From Candidatus Eiseniibacteriota bacterium (GTDB taxonomy: Bacteria; Eisenbacteria; RBG-16-71-46; CAZEPH01): a DNA stretch of 51,618 nt. The stretch spans positions 1-51,618 of the forward strand of contig JBGATO010000025.1 of assembly GCA_044229145.1 (NCBI GenBank), in the 5' to 3' direction. The notes under the pieces were generated by a model. It worked only from the letters and a program-made list of their open reading frames with translations. It was not told where the DNA came from and made no database searches. A program made the translations under genes and the position numbers. This document shows, in pieces, positions 9,768-18,713 of this stretch (the stretch's first letter is position 1; every line of letters starts with the position of its first letter).

Positions 9768-9888
9768 GCGGCCACGGTAGCACGCCGAAACGAGACCCGG
9801 CAACACACCTGGCCGGAGCCGTAACCGACGACATTTCCAGCACCTGAGCGCCATGACACAAATGTCGACGGAAATGTCGAGTAACGAT

Positions 9889-9918
9889 TTGACCAGGTCG
9901 GGCCGGGAATGGTAAGGT
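9889..9918 (+). promoter_or_regulatory. Putative sigma70 promoter of the radical SAM gene
   Basis: TTGACC (9889-9894), 18-nt spacer, extended -10 TG-G-TAAGGT (9910-9918), about 60 nt upstream of the GGAGGAG RBS and ATG 9981. Confidence 0.5.
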
Positions 9919-9980
9919 TCGCCACATTCCCGCTTCCTACATGCTCGGACACTGCCGAACGACACGCTAAGGAGGAGTCG

Positions 9981-11537
9981 ATGCGCGTTCTGTTCCTCAA
10001 TCCCCCGTATCCGCAACGCCACTTCTCGCGGCCGCAGCGCTCGCCGGCAGTGACGAAGAGCGGGACGTTGTACTTCCCGTACTGGCTAGCACACGCGGCT
10101 GCGGTAATCGATGAGAAGACGCCGCACGACATGTACTTCATCGACTCGCCGGCCGACGACCTCGACTTCGACCAGACCATGGCGAAGATCCGCGAGTTCA
10201 AGCCGGACGTCATGGTGCTCGACACCTCCACCGCGTCGATCTACAACGACGTCAAGGTGGTCGAGGACATCAAGAAGGAGTTCCCGAACTGCTTCGCGCT
10301 GCTCGTCGGCACGCACGTCTCGGCGTTGCCGGAGGAGTCGCTGCGGTTGTCCAAGTCGGTGCAGGCGATCGCCCGCCAGGAGTACGACTACATCGTCCGT
10401 GACCTGGTGGACTGCCTCGCGTCGAAGGGCGACATCGCCAACGTGAAGGGCCTCACCTACTGGGCCGGCGACGAGGTCAAGCACACGCCGCCGATGCCGT
10501 ACATCGAGGACCTCGACGAGCTGCCGTTCGTGGCGCACGTCTACAAGAAGTTCCTCAAGATCGAGAACTACTTCAACCCGAACGCGCTGTACCCGATGGT
10601 GACCATCATCACCGGCCGTGGCTGCCCGTACCGCTGCACCTTCTGCGTGTACCCGCAGACGCTCACCGGTCACAGCTACCGCCTGCGCTCGGTGCAGAAC
10701 GTGGTGGACGAGATGGAGATCATCCAGAAGTACTGGCCGCACAACAAGGCCGTGTTCTTCGAGGACGACACCCTCACCGCCGACAAGGCGCGCACCATCG
10801 CGCTCTCGCAGGAGATCATCAAGCGCGGCCTCAAGGTTTCCTGGACCTGCAACACGCGCGCGGACCAGGACTACGAGACGCTGCAGTGGATGGCGAAGTC
10901 GGGCTGCCGCATGATCTGTACCGGCTTCGAGGCCGGCAACCAGCAGGTGCTGCGCAACATGAAGAAGGGCATCAAGGTCGAAATGATGCACCGCTTCGTG
11001 CGCGAGGCCCAGAAGGCCGGCATCATGGTGCACGGCTGCTTCCTCGCCGGCTTGCCGGGCGAGACGAAGGAGACGCTGAAGGAGACGCTCGAACTCGCCA
11101 AGTCGCTCAACCCGGACACGGCGCAGTTCTACCCGGTCATGGTGTACCCGGGCACCGAGGCGTACGAGTACTTCAAGCAGCGCGACCAGATCGCCACCAA
11201 GACGTTCAACGACTGGGTGACGGCGGACGGTCTGCACAACTCGGTGGTGCGCACCGAGCACCTCACCGAGCGCGAGCTGGTCGAATGGTGCGACGAGGCG
11301 CGCCGCGAGTTCTACCTGCGCCCCGAGTACATCGCCTACAAGCTCAAGCAGTCGATCAAGAACCCGGCGGAGTTCCAGCGTAACTTCAAGGGCGCCTCGA
11401 AGCTCGCGAAGTACCTGGTCCGCGGCTCGTTCCGCAAGGACGAGAAGGGTCTCGACGCGAAGGCGCCGGCGATGGCCACCGCCGAGCACGACGACCACGG
11501 TTCGGGCGGCCTGGTGAACCCGCAGATGCCGAAGTAG
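9981..11537 (+). CDS. B12-binding-domain radical SAM protein (HpnJ-like clade)
   Basis: Strong RBS; N-terminal VLFLNPP...YFPYWLA and a Rossmann-like B12 domain; RGCPYRCTFC (CX3CX2C), FFEDDT, GFEAG, GLPGET, YPGT. Confidence 0.9.
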   Translation: MRVLFLNPPYPQRHFSRPQRSPAVTKSGTLYFPYWLAHAAAVIDEKTPHDMYFIDSPADDLDFDQTMAKIREFKPDVMVLDTSTASIYNDVKVVEDIKKEFPNCFALLVGTHVSALPEESLRLSKSVQAIARQEYDYIVRDLVDCLASKGDIANVKGLTYWAGDEVKHTPPMPYIEDLDELPFVAHVYKKFLKIENYFNPNALYPMVTIITGRGCPYRCTFCVYPQTLTGHSYRLRSVQNVVDEMEIIQKYWPHNKAVFFEDDTLTADKARTIALSQEIIKRGLKVSWTCNTRADQDYETLQWMAKSGCRMICTGFEAGNQQVLRNMKKGIKVEMMHRFVREAQKAGIMVHGCFLAGLPGETKETLKETLELAKSLNPDTAQFYPVMVYPGTEAYEYFKQRDQIATKTFNDWVTADGLHNSVVRTEHLTERELVEWCDEARREFYLRPEYIAYKLKQSIKNPAEFQRNFKGASKLAKYLVRGSFRKDEKGLDAKAPAMATAEHDDHGSGGLVNPQMPK

Positions 11538-11559
11538 GGCATCGCGGCCGCACGCTTCC

Positions 11560-11599
11560 CCGGCGGGGACTCCTCCTGCGAGTCCCCGCCGGTCTTTTT
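11560..11599 (+). terminator. Intrinsic terminator
   Basis: 13-bp stem ccggcggggactc/gagtccccgccgg with a 7-nt loop, followed by tcttttt, about 20 nt after the radical SAM stop. Confidence 0.85.
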
Positions 11600-11832
11600 C
11601 CCCTCGACGCCGGCGAGCCCGGCGCGCGGTATCGCCTGACGCCGCACGGCGTTCCTTTACTTTGCGTTCGGGTGGATGGTAGCATCCGCCGTCTTAGACT
11701 GAGCCGTCATGTCCGTGGCGCACGCCCTCCGCTCCGGCTCCGGTGCGCGCGGCCACCGTGGACTGCTCGTGCATGCGGTGGCGCTCCGCGCGCGCCGCGC
11801 CAAGTCGTCATCCGACTGGAGACCACGTCTCT

Positions 11833-13839
11833 GTGGAACTGAAGAAGTTTTGGGGCATCCTGGTGCGGCGCCGGATGTGGATCCTCGCCGTCCTGGTGGG
11901 CACGGTCCTCGCGACGATGTTCGTGTCCCTCAAGCTGGACAAGGTCTACCTGAGCAAGGCGCGGGTGCGCCTCGAGAAGGCCTCCGAGGCCTCGACGCTG
12001 GTGCCGGGTCTGAACCCCGAGTTCGGCGCCTTCCAGAACATCACGCAGAACCCGGCCTACACCGAGGCGACGGCGGTGGGATCGGCCGAGGTGCTCCAGC
12101 CGGTCATCGACAAGCTGCACTTGCAGAAGCGCGTCTCGTGGCTCGACCGCACCATCGGCAAGCCGAAGCCGCCGCGCGCGCTGCGTCCGGACGAGTTGGT
12201 GAGCGAGTCCTTCCTCACCGGCATCCTGCAAGAGCGCATCGTCAGCGTCGAGATGCTGGCGAACACCGACATCATCGAGATCGCCGGCTACGACACCTCG
12301 CTCACCGGCGCGATGACGCTCGCCAACGAAGTCACCGCGAGCTATGTGAACTTCATGCAGCGGCTCAAGCAGTACGAGAGCGAGGAAGGCCTCAAGATGC
12401 TCTCGGGCCAGCTCAAGGCGGCGAACGCGGATCTCGCCGAGAAGCAGGCGGCGCTGCGCGCATTCCAGGAACGCCACAACGTCGTCAACCTCGACGAGCA
12501 GAGCAAGTCCGCGGTCGAGCAGCTGGCGAACCTGCAGGATCGCCTCACCGAAACCTCGCGCCGGCTCACCACCACGCAAGGCCGTCTGCGCGAACTCACC
12601 GCGGACCTCGACAAGCTGCGCGAGCCGCAGCCGGTCACCCAGCAGGTCGAAGGCGATCCGCAAATCCAGAACTTGCTCACGCGGTTGTCGGATCTCAGCG
12701 CGCAATTGCAGGCGAAGCTCGCGGTGCAGACGCTCGAGCACCCCGAAGTGCTCGCGCTGCGCCAGCAGATCGACGACACGCGCTCGTCGCTGCAACGTGA
12801 AGTGCAGCGCGTGTTCAACATCTCGATCTCGGACCTCAAGGCCGAAGCGACGCAGTTGCGACGCGACATCGACGCGCAGCAGTCCACCATGGGCAACATC
12901 CCCGAGCAGGAAGTGCAGCTGGCCAGCCTCCAGCATCAGGTGGACGGCGCGCAGCGCACGGTGCTCGCGTTGCAGGGCAACATGGACGCCGCGCGCGCGG
13001 CGCAGGGCCTCAACCTGTCGAACGTGACGGTGTTGCAGTGGGGCATGCTGCCGGACCCGTACAACCCCTACTATCCGAAGCCGGCGCTCTACATCGTCAT
13101 CGCGATGTTCGTGGGGTTGCTGCTCGGCGCGGGGTTGGCGTTCTTGGTGGACAGCCTCGACCAGTCGTACCGCACGCAGGAGGGCGCGCAGCAGGGCCTG
13201 CGCTTGCCGCTCGCGGGACACGTCACCGATCCGGCGGGCGTCGCCAGTTCGCTGCACGGCGCGGCGCTGGCGAACTCGGGCGCACTGGAACTCGGACACA
13301 ACGCGTCGCGCCTGGTGGGCAGCGGCAAGAGCGTCGTGCTGCTGACGTGCGCGGTGCCCAAGGACGACAAATCGCCGGTGGCCGCGGTGCTCGCCACGGC
13401 CCTCGCCCGCCGCGGCGTGAAGACGGTGCTCATCGACCTCGACCCGCGCGTCCAGGCAATGGCGGACGCGACCGCGTCGCCCGGCATGAGCGCGGTGGTG
13501 TTCGACGGCGTGGCGCCGCTCGATGCGGTGCGCGCCACCAAGCAGGAGAATCTGTCGTACGTGGCGCTCGGCTCGCGCGGCGCGGATCTGTCGGCGGAGT
13601 TGGACTCGCCGCAGGTGGTGCGGGCGCTCCGCGCGTACCGTGAGGCGTTCGACGCGACGCTGGTGAATGGGCCGGCGCTGTTGCCGCACGGCGAAGTGAT
13701 CGCGCTGACCTCGGCGGTGGATGCCGTGTTGCTGATCGTCGGACTCAATCGCACGCAGGCCCCCACCGCCCTGCATGCCAAGCGGCGCCTGGAGGACGCG
13801 AACGCTCCGCTCGCGGGCCTGGTCGTCAGTTCGGCCTAG
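11833..13839 (+). CDS. Wzc/GumC-like polysaccharide co-polymerase with a degenerate tyrosine-kinase domain
   Basis: N-terminal TM, coiled-coil periplasmic region (L..FQERHNVV), PYYPKP then a second TM, then a CpsD/CapB-like domain (KTVLIDLD.R). Start inferred at GTG 11833. Confidence 0.85.
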   Translation: MELKKFWGILVRRRMWILAVLVGTVLATMFVSLKLDKVYLSKARVRLEKASEASTLVPGLNPEFGAFQNITQNPAYTEATAVGSAEVLQPVIDKLHLQKRVSWLDRTIGKPKPPRALRPDELVSESFLTGILQERIVSVEMLANTDIIEIAGYDTSLTGAMTLANEVTASYVNFMQRLKQYESEEGLKMLSGQLKAANADLAEKQAALRAFQERHNVVNLDEQSKSAVEQLANLQDRLTETSRRLTTTQGRLRELTADLDKLREPQPVTQQVEGDPQIQNLLTRLSDLSAQLQAKLAVQTLEHPEVLALRQQIDDTRSSLQREVQRVFNISISDLKAEATQLRRDIDAQQSTMGNIPEQEVQLASLQHQVDGAQRTVLALQGNMDAARAAQGLNLSNVTVLQWGMLPDPYNPYYPKPALYIVIAMFVGLLLGAGLAFLVDSLDQSYRTQEGAQQGLRLPLAGHVTDPAGVASSLHGAALANSGALELGHNASRLVGSGKSVVLLTCAVPKDDKSPVAAVLATALARRGVKTVLIDLDPRVQAMADATASPGMSAVVFDGVAPLDAVRATKQENLSYVALGSRGADLSAELDSPQVVRALRAYREAFDATLVNGPALLPHGEVIALTSAVDAVLLIVGLNRTQAPTALHAKRRLEDANAPLAGLVVSSA

Positions 13840-13857
13840 GCCGGCACGAGGATCGCG

Positions 13858-15588
13858 ATGACCGCACACACGCCGCCGTCGACTGCGTTACCGGCGCGCT
13901 CCCGCGGACGCACGCGGCGCGCCGTGGCGGCGGTTCCGGTTCTCCTCACGATCGCCGCACTGCTCGTCTCCTCCCCCGCCTGCCACGCGCAACGTGGCGG
14001 CCGCGCGCGCGGCGCCGATCCCGCGGCGATCCAAGCACGCGTTCGCTCGCTGGTCGAGAGCATCGAGGCCCGGCGCAACGCCGGCTACGACGTGACCGCC
14101 GCGGAAGCGCTGCTCGACGACCTCCGCGCCGCCCTCGCCCACAAGGACCGCGCCGAAGCCAAGCGCCTCGGCGACGAGATCCGGCGCCGGCTCGCCACCG
14201 CTCCGCTGGCCACCGGCGGCATTCCCGCGCCGCCCGCCGAACTGTGGACCGCGCTCCCCGCCGGCGACGTGCCGGAACGCTGGCGCACCACCGACGCGCG
14301 CTTCGGGCTGCTGGACTGCTACATGAACGCCTCGCTGCCGGTCGCGCAATCGTGGGTGAAGGGTTCGCGCGCGCAGTGGGTGCGCATCAGCGCGCCGCTG
14401 TCCGGCGGCCTCAATTGGGGCAGCGTCGAACGCGATCGCGGCCGCTACGCGTGGGGGAAACCGGACAGCGTCATCGCCCAGATCCGCGCGGCGCGCGTCG
14501 AGCCGATGATCACCTTCGGGATCACGAATCCGTGGGACGCCGAGGCGTGCGGCCGCACCCGCGCCACGTACCGGCAGCTCCCGTGCGATCTCGCGGCTTA
14601 CGAGCGCTTCGTGCGCGCTTCGGTGGAGCGGTACAAGCGCACCGTGCGCGTCTGGCAAGTGTGGAACGAACCGGACGACACCGGACACTGGGCCGATACG
14701 CCGGAGCGCTACGCGGATCTGGTGGTGGCCACCGCGCGCGCGGTGAAGGCGGCGGATCCCGGCGCGCGCGTGGTGCTGGCTGGCGTCTACAAGCGCGAGT
14801 TCCTCGCGCCGGTGGTGCAGCGGCTCTCCGCGCTGTCGCCCAAGGCGCCGGTGGTGGACGCGTTCGACATCCACTTCTTCGGCGTCGTGCGCAACGCGGG
14901 CGTCGAGTTGCAGAATCTGCACAAGACGTATCGCGACCTCGGCGGCGCGGTGGACATGGTGCGCACGGTCACCGCGGGCACGCCGTACGCCGCGACGCCG
15001 GTGTGGGCCACCGAAACGGCGACCTACACCGATGCGCCCGCGCAGATGTGGCCGGCGCAGACCGAACGCGACCAAGCGCGCGATCTCGTGCGCCGCTTCT
15101 GCTTCGCCTTCGGGCTCGGCGTGAAGCGCGTCGCCTGGGCGTCGCTCGTCGAGTGGACGACCTGGACCGGCAAGGAGGCGAACTTCAATCACGCCGGCCT
15201 GGTCCGCAATCCCGCGCACGGACACGGCTCCGGACCGAAGCTGTCGTACTTCGCCTACCAGCACCTGGTGAGCCGCCTCGGTGATTTCACCGCGGTCAGC
15301 CGCCTGCCGGCGCCGGACTGGGTCACCGCGCTGCGCTTCACCACCGCGCGCGGGCCGGTCATCGTTGCCTGGTACGACCGCTGGGCCGCCACCTGCCCGG
15401 CCACCATCACCGCACGCCTGCCGGTATCCAGTGCTTCCACCGTGACGGTGGAACGCGCGATTCCGGCCAGCGCCCCCTCCCGCGCCACCGCCACCGCCAC
15501 CTTCGGACGCTCGACGCTTCCGGTGCGCGACCGCGCGATCACGCTCACCCTGGACGACGATCCGGTGTTCGTGCTGCCCGGCCGTTAG
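13858..15588 (+). CDS. Secreted clan GH-A glycoside hydrolase (GH39/PslG-like)
   Basis: Signal peptide; WGSVERDRGRYAW..PD, VWQVWNEPD (acid/base Glu), FDIHFF, VWATET (nucleophile Glu). Confidence 0.8.
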   Translation: MTAHTPPSTALPARSRGRTRRAVAAVPVLLTIAALLVSSPACHAQRGGRARGADPAAIQARVRSLVESIEARRNAGYDVTAAEALLDDLRAALAHKDRAEAKRLGDEIRRRLATAPLATGGIPAPPAELWTALPAGDVPERWRTTDARFGLLDCYMNASLPVAQSWVKGSRAQWVRISAPLSGGLNWGSVERDRGRYAWGKPDSVIAQIRAARVEPMITFGITNPWDAEACGRTRATYRQLPCDLAAYERFVRASVERYKRTVRVWQVWNEPDDTGHWADTPERYADLVVATARAVKAADPGARVVLAGVYKREFLAPVVQRLSALSPKAPVVDAFDIHFFGVVRNAGVELQNLHKTYRDLGGAVDMVRTVTAGTPYAATPVWATETATYTDAPAQMWPAQTERDQARDLVRRFCFAFGLGVKRVAWASLVEWTTWTGKEANFNHAGLVRNPAHGHGSGPKLSYFAYQHLVSRLGDFTAVSRLPAPDWVTALRFTTARGPVIVAWYDRWAATCPATITARLPVSSASTVTVERAIPASAPSRATATATFGRSTLPVRDRAITLTLDDDPVFVLPGR

Positions 15589-15615
15589 CCGGCGCACGGC
15601 ATCGCCCACGACCGC

Positions 15616-17127
15616 ATGACTGACACGATCCCTGCTGGGTCTCCGACTCCAGACACCGCCACCGCCGGCCGCGCCGCCGGGCGGCGGTTCGCGCGCAACG
15701 CCCTCGCCCTCGGCATCGCCCGGGTGTCCGAGATCGCGCTCGCCTTCATCTTCATCCGCATCCTGAACAACCATCTCGGTGCGGTGGTGATGGGCAAGTA
15801 CTATGCGATCATCGCGCTCATCTTCACGGTGATCATCATCCCCGAGATGGGCATGGACCAGGCGCTGGTGCGCCTCACCAGCCGGCGTCCGGAGAACGCG
15901 GCGACCTACCTCGGCGTCGCCATCGTGGTGCGCAACTTCCTCGCGGTGATCGCGGTGGGCGTCATCGCCGCCATCGCGTTCCTCGGGAACTACGACGCCG
16001 AGATGCGCACCGCGATCCTGGTCGGCAGCGTGTGGATCCTCAGCGATCTCATGCTGAGCACCAACTACGCGGTGTACCTGGCCTTCGAGAAGACGCATTT
16101 CGAAACCATCCTCACGCTGCTGCTCAACGTGCTGATGATTCCGTGCACGCTCTACGCGCTGCGGCACGACGGCGGGCTGGTGGGCGTGTTCATCGCCACC
16201 GGCGTGGCGAACGCGGTGATGCTCGAACTCTGTTTCACCATCGGCTTCACGCGCGGCACCCGCATGATCTACGGCCGCATCGACACGCTCTTGCTGCAGC
16301 GGCTGACGCCGGGCGGATCGGCGGTGGCATTCACGGTGATCGCCATCTACAACACGGCGTACAACCTGGTGCGCAAGGCGGTGCCGCTGCAGTCGATCCT
16401 GGCGCGGCCGCTGCTGCCGATCGCCGCGCGCGCGGTGGATCAGCCGGATCTGCTCAAGATGCTGCACAAGAAGGCGTTCAAGATGCTGCTGTTGGCCAGC
16501 GTGCCGGCGTGCGCGATGATCTTCGGCGCCTCGCACCTGCTAGTGCGCATCCTGACCGGCTCACGGTTCGATCAGTTCGCACCGGCGGTGCCGCTCTTGG
16601 CGTTCCTCTCGGTGCTGCTGTTGACGTCGTTCGCGTCGTCGTCGATCCGCGTGGTGATGGTGGCGCTCAACATGCAGCGCTTCCTGCTCACGCAGGGACT
16701 GGTGATGATCGCCATCAACTTCGTGCTCGACCTCGTGCTCATCCCCTACTTCGGCGCACAGGGCCGCGCGTGGTGGGGACCGGCGGTGGCGTCGCTGCTC
16801 GCGGAGATCTACCTGACGGCGGTGCTGCTGTTCGTGGTGAGCCGGCGGGTCGGCGCGTTCCCCGACCTCGGCGACACGCTCAAGATTCTTGCCGGCGGCG
16901 GGGCGATGGTGGGCGTGATGTGGGCGCTGCAGCGCGCGCTCGCCGGGCCGGTGGGCACGCTCGGCGGCTTGGCGCTGGCCCCGCTGGTGTTCGCGGCGTG
17001 GATCATCGGCACCAAGGCGGTGCGCCGCGAGGAGATCGCATTCTTCCGCAAGCGCGGGGGCGGACCGGGCGGTCAAGGGCCGGGCGCCGCGCGTCGCGCC
17101 GCGATGAAGCAGGGAGGCTTGTCATGA
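15616..17127 (+). CDS. Wzx-type oligosaccharide flippase (MOP superfamily)
   Basis: RRFARNALAL, LGAVVMGKY, EMGMDQALVR, IYGRIDTLLL, AIYNTAY, NFVLDLVLIPYFG; 12-14 TM segments. Confidence 0.88.
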   Translation: MTDTIPAGSPTPDTATAGRAAGRRFARNALALGIARVSEIALAFIFIRILNNHLGAVVMGKYYAIIALIFTVIIIPEMGMDQALVRLTSRRPENAATYLGVAIVVRNFLAVIAVGVIAAIAFLGNYDAEMRTAILVGSVWILSDLMLSTNYAVYLAFEKTHFETILTLLLNVLMIPCTLYALRHDGGLVGVFIATGVANAVMLELCFTIGFTRGTRMIYGRIDTLLLQRLTPGGSAVAFTVIAIYNTAYNLVRKAVPLQSILARPLLPIAARAVDQPDLLKMLHKKAFKMLLLASVPACAMIFGASHLLVRILTGSRFDQFAPAVPLLAFLSVLLLTSFASSSIRVVMVALNMQRFLLTQGLVMIAINFVLDLVLIPYFGAQGRAWWGPAVASLLAEIYLTAVLLFVVSRRVGAFPDLGDTLKILAGGGAMVGVMWALQRALAGPVGTLGGLALAPLVFAAWIIGTKAVRREEIAFFRKRGGGPGGQGPGAARRAAMKQGGLS

Positions 17128-18713
17128 GTGCGCCGCAGCCGCAGACGCCGCGCGTCATCTGCATCGGCATGGATGGCGCGACGTTCGACGTCATCAAGCC
17201 GTGGGTGGCGGCGGGTCACCTGCCGACCCTCGAGCGGCTGATGGAGGACGGCGCGCACGGCGAATTGCGCTCCACCGTGCAGCCGCTGTCGCCGCCGGCG
17301 TGGGCGTCGTTCTACACCGGCGTGAATCCGGGCAAGCACGGCATCTTCAACTTCTACGAGAACAAGCCGGAGACCTACGAGATCCGGATGATCAACTTCA
17401 AGCGCTGCCTGTCGCCGACGTTGTGGGCGCATCTGTCACGGCTGCGCAAGCGGGTCCTCGTGGTCAACGTGCCGATGACGTATCCGCCGGAGAAGGTGAA
17501 CGGCTATTTCGTCGCCGGCTTCGACACGCCGAGCGACGACAGCGAATTCACCTGGCCGCGCGATCTGCGCCAGACGCTGCAGCAGGACTTCGGCTACAAG
17601 ATCGACTGCTACGTCCGCGAATATCAGGGCCCGGGCATCACGCCCGAAGACACCATGAAGAACTTCTCGCGCGACATCATCGAGGTCGAGAAGATCCGCA
17701 CCAAGGCGATGCTGGCGCTGCTCGACCGCGAGCGCTTCGACTTCGCCATGTTGACGTTCACGATGACCGACCGCGGCGCGCACCACTTCTTCGGGCCGAT
17801 GGTGCATCAGGATCCGCAGGTCGGGCACACGCTGCTCGAGATCTACAAGGCGGTGGACGCCGGCATCGCGCAGATCCTCGAGCGCGCCGACGAGCAGACG
17901 ACGGTGCTGGTGGTGAGCGATCACGGCACCTGCGAATTCAAGCGCGTGTTCTTCCTCAACAACTGGCTGCTCGAGCAGGGCTACCTGACCGACGCGCGGC
18001 ACGAGGCGGAATCGCAGGGCATTCCGCTCAAGAAGAAGCTGAAGATCGCCGCGGTGATCGCCGCGCGCACGCTGATCCCGCGGCCGCTGCGTGAACTGAT
18101 CAAGTCGCGCAACGCCGGCCTGCGGCAGCAGCTGCACAAGGACCTCGGGGCCTCGCCCATCCTGTGGCACAGGACGCGCGCGTTCGCCGAGCATCTCTCG
18201 GGCAACGTCTTCCTCAACACCAAGGGCGTGTTCGGTCAGGGCATCGTCGAGCCGGGCGCCGAATACGAGGCGCTCGCCGAGGAGATCCGGCAGAAGCTGG
18301 CCGCGGTGATCGACCCGGCCACCGGCAAGCCGCTGTGCACGAAGGTGTGGCGCCGTGAAGAACTCTACAGCGGCCCGGCGCTCGCCAAGGCGCCGGACAT
18401 CCTCATGGAGCTGGCGGACGGCTACGAGGTGGTGAGCGATCTCGCGGAGGGCCCGGCGAGCTTCCGCCGCAAATCGCGCGAGTTGTTCCGCACCGTGGAC
18501 CGCGGCTATCTGTCCGGCGCGCACACCCACGACGGCATCTTCATCGCCGCCGGACGCGGCGTGAAGCGCGGCGCGACGGTGCGCGGCGCGCACATCGTCG
18601 ACGTGGTCCCGACGGTGTGCCGCCTGCTCGGCGTCGCACCGATGCCGCACCTCGATGGCGCGCCTCTCGCGGACGCCCTCGATCTCGCCACCCCGGCGCG
18701 CCCGCATGCCTGA
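17124..18713 (+). CDS. Alkaline-phosphatase-superfamily protein (COG3379/type I phosphodiesterase-like), paralog 1
   Basis: ATGA overlap with wzx; IGMDGAT, STVQPLSPPAW..TG.NPGKHGIF, TDRGAH, VSDHG, SGAH; no signal peptide. Confidence 0.9.
   Translation: MSAPQPQTPRVICIGMDGATFDVIKPWVAAGHLPTLERLMEDGAHGELRSTVQPLSPPAWASFYTGVNPGKHGIFNFYENKPETYEIRMINFKRCLSPTLWAHLSRLRKRVLVVNVPMTYPPEKVNGYFVAGFDTPSDDSEFTWPRDLRQTLQQDFGYKIDCYVREYQGPGITPEDTMKNFSRDIIEVEKIRTKAMLALLDRERFDFAMLTFTMTDRGAHHFFGPMVHQDPQVGHTLLEIYKAVDAGIAQILERADEQTTVLVVSDHGTCEFKRVFFLNNWLLEQGYLTDARHEAESQGIPLKKKLKIAAVIAARTLIPRPLRELIKSRNAGLRQQLHKDLGASPILWHRTRAFAEHLSGNVFLNTKGVFGQGIVEPGAEYEALAEEIRQKLAAVIDPATGKPLCTKVWRREELYSGPALAKAPDILMELADGYEVVSDLAEGPASFRRKSRELFRTVDRGYLSGAHTHDGIFIAAGRGVKRGATVRGAHIVDVVPTVCRLLGVAPMPHLDGAPLADALDLATPARPHA

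Noticed and set aside
13842..13856. GG-N10-GC sigma54-like string before the first GH39 gene
   Set aside because: It sits in an 18-nt intercistronic gap right against the ATG, leaving no room for a leader; likely chance.
16032..18713. Apparent long N-terminal fusions in the ORF track (also 760..3087, 3264..5759, 30759..33098, 34876..37116, 47044..49284)
   Set aside because: The N-terminal parts are off-frame readings of the upstream gene. The real starts sit at ATGA/GTGA overlaps or RBS-supported codons.
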